Origin: Chloroflexota bacterium
Lineage (GTDB): Bacteria; Chloroflexota; UBA11872; VXOZ01
Assembly (NCBI GenBank): GCA_963663275.1
Contig: OY760183.1
Span: 192,001-256,000, forward strand
Direction of reading: 5' to 3'
Length of the DNA stretch: 64,000 nucleotides
How positions within the stretch are numbered: the stretch's first letter is position 1; every line of letters starts with the position of its first letter. The notes under the pieces are model-generated. The model did no database searches, was not told where the DNA came from, and saw only the letters and a program-made list of their open reading frames with translations. Made by a program: the position numbers and the translations under genes. Positions 57,743 through 64,000 of the stretch are shown one piece after another.

Positions 57743-58882
57743 ATGAAGATTACCGCCGTCCGCGCGCTGCCCATCGACCGCTATCTCTTCGTGCAGATCG
57801 AGACCGACGCCGGCATCACCGGCCTGGGCGAATCCGGCACGTGGGGACACCTGGAAGCCTCCCAAGCCGCCTTGGGGAAGTTCGCGGACCACCTGATCGG
57901 CCAGGACCCCGCCCGCATCGAGCACCATTGGAACGTCATGTACCGCACGGCGCACTTTCGCGGCGCGGCCATCATGGGCGCGCTTTCCGCCATCGACATC
58001 GCGCTGTGGGACATCAAGGGCAAGGCCCACGGCGTGCCGGTCTACGACCTGCTGGGCGGCGCGTGCCGCGACCGGGCGCGGGTCTACTACCACGTCTACG
58101 GGCGCACCATCGCCGAGCAGGTGCAGGGCTGCGTGGAAGCGCGCGAGCGGGGCTTCAGCGCCGTTGGGCATCTCAACCCGCTGCTGGACGAGGGTCGGGA
58201 CGTGCCCTTCTTCAAGACCCACGCCGCCAGAATCGCCGAGGCCGCCGACAACGTGCGGCAGTACCGGGAAGCCGTCGGTACGGACGTTGACCTCTGCATC
58301 GAGATCCACCGGCAGTTGACACCCGCGGAAGCCGTGGTGCTGGCGCGCGCCATCGAACCCTTCCTTCCCTTCTTCTACGAGGATCCCACCTTGCCCGACA
58401 ACTTCGACGCCATGGCGCAGATCGCCGACAAGATCGCCATTCCGATTGCCACCGGCGAGCGGCTGCACACGCTGCACGAGTTCCAGATGCTGCTCACCCG
58501 CGCGGCGGTGCAGTACGTGCGGCCGGACGTCTGCCTGGTGGGCGGCATTTCGGGAACCAAGAAGATCGCGGCGCTGGCCGAGGCGCACTACGTGGGCGTG
58601 GTGCCGCACAATCCGCTCTCGCCGGTCAGCACCGCCGCCTGCCTGCAAGTGGCCGCCTGCATCCCCAACTTCGCCATCCAGGAGTACCCCATCGGCGAAG
58701 ACCGGCCGCCAAAGAGCGAAATCGTGCAAACGCCCGTGCGCTGCGAACAGGGCTTCCTGCTCATCCCGGACGCGCCGGGCATCGGCATCGAGCTAATGCC
58801 CGACGCCGCCGAAAAGCATCCGCCCGTGCCGCGCCCCACCGGCGCCCGCCTGCACGTGGACGGCAGCGTGGTGGATCAGTAG
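57743..58882 (+). CDS. Mandelate racemase / galactonate dehydratase-like enolase-superfamily enzyme
   Basis: SAIDIALWDIKGK, IEIH, YEDP, ATGER, PHNPL. Confidence 0.9.
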   Translation: MKITAVRALPIDRYLFVQIETDAGITGLGESGTWGHLEASQAALGKFADHLIGQDPARIEHHWNVMYRTAHFRGAAIMGALSAIDIALWDIKGKAHGVPVYDLLGGACRDRARVYYHVYGRTIAEQVQGCVEARERGFSAVGHLNPLLDEGRDVPFFKTHAARIAEAADNVRQYREAVGTDVDLCIEIHRQLTPAEAVVLARAIEPFLPFFYEDPTLPDNFDAMAQIADKIAIPIATGERLHTLHEFQMLLTRAAVQYVRPDVCLVGGISGTKKIAALAEAHYVGVVPHNPLSPVSTAACLQVAACIPNFAIQEYPIGEDRPPKSEIVQTPVRCEQGFLLIPDAPGIGIELMPDAAEKHPPVPRPTGARLHVDGSVVDQ

Positions 58883-58969
58883 GCGCCCCGTGCCCTTGCG
58901 CGTGGCCGGGGCGAGCGCGGCCAACCTGGCGCGGCGCGATCGTTGCCAAGCAAAGCGCCGCGCCCTGCG

Positions 58970-59291
58970 GAGAACTTTGCATTACCCCTTCCCAATTGAA
59001 GGCTTACAGGGGTAAGCAATCTTGAATGGGCCAATCGTGTCATTCCGAACAGAGCGCAGCGGAGAGAGGAATCTAGAGCGGGGAACCGCAAGTCCAGCAA
59101 TTCTAGATTCCTCGCTCCGCTCGGAATGACAGTCTGACACAACATACAAATGACATTTGCATACCCCTGTCAGCCCATTGAGGGGGAAGGTTGAAGTGGG
59201 GGTGAAATAGCTTGACTTCATGCTATCTTTAGTTGCAAAAGCACCCTGGATTCCGGCGAAAGCCGGAATGACGGAATTACGCAAAGGTCCC
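58970..59291. mobile_element. MITE B with nested MITE A (59003-59173)
   Basis: GAGAACTTTGCATTA...TTACGCAAAGGTCCC; same architecture as 36598-36928. Confidence 0.78.
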
Positions 59292-59657
59292 CTACGGTCT
59301 CTTCCGCTCGCGCGGCGCTCTTGTTTGGCGCTCTATGCGGTCTCGCTTCTGACGGCCCTTAGCGCCTGCGGGACGGAGAATGGTGTTGTGATCGAGGTCC
59401 GCGTCCGCAATGTCTCGACGCTCGACTTCACCGGCGTCAGCGTCGCGGGCCAGCCTTATGGCGACGTCCCGGCCGGCGAGACCGGCGCGTATAAAGAGGT
59501 CAGGTTGCGCTTTAGGTTCGCGGCCCTGGAGTTCAAGGCCGGCGGACACCGGGTCACCGGACAGACCCTGAACCTGGGCGCGGAACGGTTCACGTACGCA
59601 ATCGACGTGGTCGACCTCGAAGCGGGGCATCTGGCCATCGAGGTCATCGCCGAGTGA
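59268..59657 (+). CDS. Hypothetical small lipoprotein; start uncertain
   Basis: LLTALSAC lipobox followed by a beta-rich domain. Confidence 0.6.
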   Translation: MTELRKGPLRSLPLARRSCLALYAVSLLTALSACGTENGVVIEVRVRNVSTLDFTGVSVAGQPYGDVPAGETGAYKEVRLRFRFAALEFKAGGHRVTGQTLNLGAERFTYAIDVVDLEAGHLAIEVIAE

Positions 59658-59713
59658 GCGCCGCCGGATAGACGCCGCGCATGCGCGGCAACGTCCGGTT
59701 CGGGCCTCAGACG

Positions 59714-59767
59714 CGGTTTTACAGGTGTAGGGGCACGACATGTCGTGCCCCTACACCTGTAAAACCG
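59714..59767. repeat. Perfect 54-bp palindrome built on a GTAG REP
   Basis: CGGTTTTACAGGTGTAGGGGCACGACA|TGTCGTGCCCCTACACCTGTAAAACCG. Confidence 0.9.
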
Positions 59768-59856
59768 TACCCCAACATCTCTACCGGCCAGTCGTGCCCC
59801 TACCACCTGTGCCGTCGTACCCCAACCTCTTTACCGCCACAACCCTGGCGGCGCGC

Positions 59857-61314
59857 CTATTCCGGCGGTTCCCAGCGCAGGTTGGGTCGCCGCGCGGCGG
59901 TGGTCTCGTCCAGGCGGCGCACCGGCGCGGAGACTGGCGCGTCTTTCAGCTTCTCCGGCGCGGTCTGGGCTTCCTCGGCTATCGCCAGCAGCGCGTCCAC
60001 AAAGGCATCCAGGGTGTCCTTGTTCTCGGTCTCCGTCGGCTCGATCATCAGGGCTTCCGGCACGATCAGCGGGAAGTAGACCGTGGACGGGTGAAAGCCG
60101 TAGTCGATCATGCGCTTGGCCACGTCCAGCGTGCGCACGCCCTCGGCCTTTTCCTTCAGGCCCGCAAAGACCACCTCGTGCATGCAGGTACGGTCGTAGC
60201 GCAGGGCGTAGGCCTCGCGCAGGCGTTCTTTCAGGTAGTTGGCGTTCAGCACGGCGTAATCGCCAGCGCGCTCCACGCCCTCGGCCCCGAGCGTGCGGAT
60301 GTAGGTATAGGCGCGCACCTGGTTGAGGAAGTTGCCGTAGAACGAGTGGATGCGCCCGATGCTGTCCGGACGGTCGTAGTCCCAGGCGTACGCGCCGTCT
60401 TCCTCTTTCACCAGCGGCACCGGCAGGTAGGGTTCCAGGGTCTCGTTCACGCAGGTCGCGCCCGCGCCGGGTCCGCCGCCGCCGTGGGGCGTGGTGAACG
60501 TCTTGTGCAGGTTGAGGTGGAGCACGTCCAGGCCCAGCGCGGCGGGCTGCACCGTGCCCAGCAGCGCGTTCATATTCGCGCCGTCGCAGTAGACCAGCGC
60601 GCCCACGTCGTGCGCCATGCGGCAGATCTCCACGATGTCCTGCTCGAAGAGGCCCAGCGTGTTCGGCACCGTGAGCATCAAACCGGCCACGTCCTCGTCC
60701 AGCAGCCCGGCCAGCGCCTCCATGTCCACCGTGCCGCGCCCACTGGAAGGCACCTCGATGGACGTATAGCCGCACATGGCGGCGGTGGCCGGATTGGTGC
60801 CGTGGGCGGAATCGGGAATGATCATCTTGCGGCGCGGGTTGCCCTGCTTCACGTGGTGCGCGCGCATCATCAGCACGCCGCAGAGTTCGCCGTGCGCGCC
60901 CGCCGCCGGTTGCAGCGAGCAGTTGGCGTAGCCCGTTATTTCCTTGAGCAATCCGGTGAGACCGTGTATGAGCGCCAGCGCGCCCTGGATCGTGCTCTCC
61001 GGCTGGTGGGGATGGATGAACGAAAAACCCGGCAGGCCGGCGGTGGCGTCGTTCACCTTGGGGTTGTACTTCATGGTGCACGAGCCCAGCGGGTAGAAGC
61101 CGTGCTCGATGCTGTAGTTGCGCTGGGAAAGGCGGGTGAAGTGGCGCACCACGTCCAGTTCGGACGCTTCCGGCAAGGGCAGCGCATCGCGCCGCCAGTG
61201 CGCGGGCACGGCCTCTTCACCGGCTACATCAGGCACGTCGCTCTCCGGCAACGAAAAGCCGTGGCGGCCGGGCGAACTGCGCTCGAAGATGAGAGGTTCT
61301 GCGTTTTGCATCAT
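59857..61314 (-). CDS. gcvPB: Glycine dehydrogenase subunit 2
   Basis: PLGSCTMKYNP, HLNLHKTF, MIEPTETE. Confidence 0.96.
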   Translation of the reverse strand: MMQNAEPLIFERSSPGRHGFSLPESDVPDVAGEEAVPAHWRRDALPLPEASELDVVRHFTRLSQRNYSIEHGFYPLGSCTMKYNPKVNDATAGLPGFSFIHPHQPESTIQGALALIHGLTGLLKEITGYANCSLQPAAGAHGELCGVLMMRAHHVKQGNPRRKMIIPDSAHGTNPATAAMCGYTSIEVPSSGRGTVDMEALAGLLDEDVAGLMLTVPNTLGLFEQDIVEICRMAHDVGALVYCDGANMNALLGTVQPAALGLDVLHLNLHKTFTTPHGGGGPGAGATCVNETLEPYLPVPLVKEEDGAYAWDYDRPDSIGRIHSFYGNFLNQVRAYTYIRTLGAEGVERAGDYAVLNANYLKERLREAYALRYDRTCMHEVVFAGLKEKAEGVRTLDVAKRMIDYGFHPSTVYFPLIVPEALMIEPTETENKDTLDAFVDALLAIAEEAQTAPEKLKDAPVSAPVRRLDETTAARRPNLRWEPPE

Positions 61315-61401
61315 TGCCTATCCTGGTTGTGTGGGAGCGTCATTGCTATAGCCATGGTTGCCGCTAGGCCGCTTGCCGTTTAGAAGCGCGGCCGCGGCCT
61401 T

Positions 61402-62760
61402 TCACGTTCCGCAAGAGCGCAGCGCGGCGACGAGGCGGTCGATGTCTGCTCGTGTATTGAGTTCCGTCACGCAGACCAGCATGTGGCGGTCGAGATCGCC
61501 GCGCACGTTGCCCAGGTCGTAGCCGCCCAGCACGCCGTGTTCCAGCAGATGCGCGTTCACCTCGCTCACCGGCGCGGGGCAGTGCGCCACGAATTCCTTG
61601 ATATACGGACCCGGCGCTGACACCGCAAAGCCGGGCAGGGCGTCGATCTGCGCCGCGGCGTAATGGGACTTGGCCAGGCAAAGCTCGGCCTTGCGCCTCA
61701 TGCCCGCCGGGCCAAGCCAGCTAACGTTGATCGTGAACGCCAGCGCCGCCAGCGCCTCGTTGGTGCAGATGTTCGAGGTGGCTTTTTCGCGGCGGATGTG
61801 CTGCTCCCGGGCCTGGAGGGTCATCACGAAACCGCGCTTGCCCTCGATGTCCTTCGTCATGCCGGAGACCCGGCCCGGCATCTGGCGCAGGTACCGCTTG
61901 CGCGTGGCGTAGAGGCCGAGGCGGGGGCCGCCGAGACCGGGCGGCAGCGCCAGGCTGTGCCCCTCGCCGGTCACCACGTCCGCGCCGTACTCGCCCGGCG
62001 GCGTCAGGATGCCCAACGCCACCGGATCGGCGCTGACCACCAGCATCGCACCGTGGGCGTGGACGGTCTCCGCGATCTCCTGGCATTCGTGCACCCAGCC
62101 GAAGAAGTTGGGCACCTGCACTGCCACGCAGGCCGTGTCGTCGTCGATAGCGGCGCTTACCGCGTCCCAGTTGTCCCGCAACGCGCCGTCGTCATCGATA
62201 CTGAAGGCCGGCACGCGCTCCAGGGTCACCTCGCGGCCCTCGGCGTAGGTCTCCAGCACCTCCAGCGTGGTCGGATTGAACGTGTCCGGCACGACGATCT
62301 TGGCGCGCTTGGTCACGCTGCACGCCGTCAGCGCCGCTTCCGCGGTGGCGGTGGCCTCGTCGTACATGCTGGCGTTCGCCACGTCCATGCCGGTAAGCAG
62401 GCAGACCATGCTCTGGAATTCGTACATAGCCTGCAAGGTGCCCTGGGAAAGTTCGGCCTGGTAGGGCGTGTAACTGGTGAGAAACTCGCCCCGCAGGATC
62501 AGCGCGTTGACGATGCTGGGGATGAAGTGGTTGTAGCAGCCCGCGCCGAGAAAGCTGGGCATGGCCTGGACGTTTTGGTTCTGTTGCCCCAACTCGTTGA
62601 GGTGGCGAAGCACCTCCGGCTCGGACATGCCCGGCGGCAAGTCGAGGCGCGGATGGCGCACGTCCGCGGGAATGTCGTGAAATAGCTCGTCGGTGCCGCC
62701 AACGCCAATCGCGCGCAGCATCGCCTCGCGGTCTTCGCTACTGTGGGGTACGTAGTCCAT
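61402..62760 (-). CDS. gcvPA: Glycine dehydrogenase subunit 1
   Basis: YTPYQAELSQGTLQ, REQHIRREKATSNICTN. Confidence 0.96.
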   Translation of the reverse strand: MDYVPHSSEDREAMLRAIGVGGTDELFHDIPADVRHPRLDLPPGMSEPEVLRHLNELGQQNQNVQAMPSFLGAGCYNHFIPSIVNALILRGEFLTSYTPYQAELSQGTLQAMYEFQSMVCLLTGMDVANASMYDEATATAEAALTACSVTKRAKIVVPDTFNPTTLEVLETYAEGREVTLERVPAFSIDDDGALRDNWDAVSAAIDDDTACVAVQVPNFFGWVHECQEIAETVHAHGAMLVVSADPVALGILTPPGEYGADVVTGEGHSLALPPGLGGPRLGLYATRKRYLRQMPGRVSGMTKDIEGKRGFVMTLQAREQHIRREKATSNICTNEALAALAFTINVSWLGPAGMRRKAELCLAKSHYAAAQIDALPGFAVSAPGPYIKEFVAHCPAPVSEVNAHLLEHGVLGGYDLGNVRGDLDRHMLVCVTELNTRADIDRLVAALRSCGT

Positions 62761-62769
62761 GTGTTGTCC

Positions 62770-63165
62770 TTAGTGCGCGCCGGACTCGGCCAGAACCGCC
62801 GCATAGCCCGCGGCGTCGAGCAGCGTCGGCCAGTCTTCATCCAGGTTCGTGGGCCGGAGTTTCAGCATCCAGCCTTCCTCGTACGGCGAGTCGTTCACCA
62901 GTTCCGGACTGTCGGCCAGCGCCTCGTTGACGGCAACCACCTCTCCCGCCAGCGGCGCGTAGAGGTCGGACGCGGTCTTCACCGACTCCACCACGCCAAA
63001 CTCGCCCATCGCTTCCACCTGCGCGCCCGGCTCCGGCAGTTCCACGTAGACGATGTCGCCCAGTTCGCCCTGGGCGTAGTCGGTGATGCCGACCACGCAG
63101 AGGCCGTCCTCCAGGCGCGCCCACTCGTGTTCCTTTGTATAGCGCAACTCATCCGGTATGTTCAT
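62770..63165 (-). CDS. gcvH: Glycine cleavage system H protein
   Basis: [16 protein letters not shown] (lipoyl Lys). Confidence 0.97.
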   Translation of the reverse strand: MNIPDELRYTKEHEWARLEDGLCVVGITDYAQGELGDIVYVELPEPGAQVEAMGEFGVVESVKTASDLYAPLAGEVVAVNEALADSPELVNDSPYEEGWMLKLRPTNLDEDWPTLLDAAGYAAVLAESGAH

Positions 63166-63226
63166 GTGCTTCTCCGTTTATGTGCACGCCTGGCGGCGCA
63201 TCCGCCTCTCATTCCATTGTGCCGCC

Positions 63227-64000
63227 TCAACGCGGGCGTTGATAGAACGGCATCGGGACCACCCTGGCCGCGCGCAAGTCCGCGCGCACGCGCACGTGGA
63301 CCGTCGCGTCCACCAAGGCCGTCCCGGTTTCCACGTTCGCGATCGCGATCGCCTTCCGCAGCGTGGGGCTGAACGTGCCGCTGGTAACGACGCCAACGTC
63401 TTCACCGTCCACCACGATGAGGCACCCGTCCCGCGCGATGCCGCGATCTATGAGTTCCAGGCCGATCAACTCCCGGTCGGGGCCCACCCGCCGCACGTGC
63501 GCCAGCGCCTCTTTGCCAATGAACTCCCGGTTGCGGAAACGCACGAACTTCTGCAGCCCCGCGTCGAAAGGATTTGTGGCGTCGTCCAATTCGTGCCCAT
63601 AGAGCGGCAGCCCGGCCTCCAGCCGCAGCGTGTCGCGCGCGCCGAGGCCGACGGGCTTGATGCCGCGCGGCGCGCCGGCCGCGAGCAACGCCGACCAGGC
63701 CGCTTCCGCGCCGGCCGCGGGCACGAATAGCTCGAAACCGTCCTCGCCGGTGTAGCCGGTGCGGGTGATGGTGATGGTTTTGCCGAGAAAGGGCGCCTGC
63801 GTCCCGCGATAGTAGCGCACCGCCGACAGATCCGCGGTGTGCCCCACCATGTCCTGCAAGAGCGCCAACGCCTGCGGGCCTTGCACGGCCAGCAAGGCGA
63901 GGTCGCTGTTCTGTACGCTTATGTCAATAGACCAGTGCTGGGTCGCGTTCCGGTGCTCCAGCCAATCCACGATCTTGTCGGTGTTGGAGGCGTTGACGAC
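63227..64000 (-). CDS. gcvT: Aminomethyltransferase, 3' part (5' end outside window)
   Basis: RTGYTGEDGFE, GLGARDTLRLEAGLPLYG. Confidence 0.96.
   Translation of the reverse strand, partial: VVNASNTDKIVDWLEHRNATQHWSIDISVQNSDLALLAVQGPQALALLQDMVGHTADLSAVRYYRGTQAPFLGKTITITRTGYTGEDGFELFVPAAGAEAAWSALLAAGAPRGIKPVGLGARDTLRLEAGLPLYGHELDDATNPFDAGLQKFVRFRNREFIGKEALAHVRRVGPDRELIGLELIDRGIARDGCLIVVDGEDVGVVTSGTFSPTLRKAIAIANVETGTALVDATVHVRVRADLRAARVVPMPFYQRPR

Overview
High-GC bacterial chromosomal segment. It is probably Chloroflexota; this is an inference from Tat-lipoprotein solute-binding proteins, the CAP-domain protein style and the expanded PhyH/Gfo/sulfatase catabolic genes. Housekeeping genes (nrdJ 5' end with an NrdR-boxed promoter, glycine-betaine ABC transporter, lon, murE, gcvT-H-PA-PB) are mixed with many orphan catabolic enzymes and several toxin-antitoxin modules. 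A defence island at 23.3-32 kb carries a Type IIG RM enzyme, Vsr, a GHKL-ATPase/nuclease and a C5 methylase. Highlights: (1) At the island's right edge, a membrane-anchored protein of unknown function is followed by a tandem array of five related Pro/Lys-rich peptide units. Each has a fixed MP-x12-[KS]-G[GT]GP register, and re-coded copies of the membrane gene's 3' end lie between them. This is a candidate undescribed cassette system. (2) A SelW/Rdx selenoprotein gene with an in-frame TGA and a SECIS-like hairpin, absent from the ORF track. (3) A dense nested set of REP palindromes, a RAYT transposase with REPs inside its own ORF, and three MITE families that insert into palindromic repeats. 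(4) A translationally coupled kinase plus variant enolase, both with in-frame palindrome insertions. All product calls come from motif recognition by eye; no database search was run.
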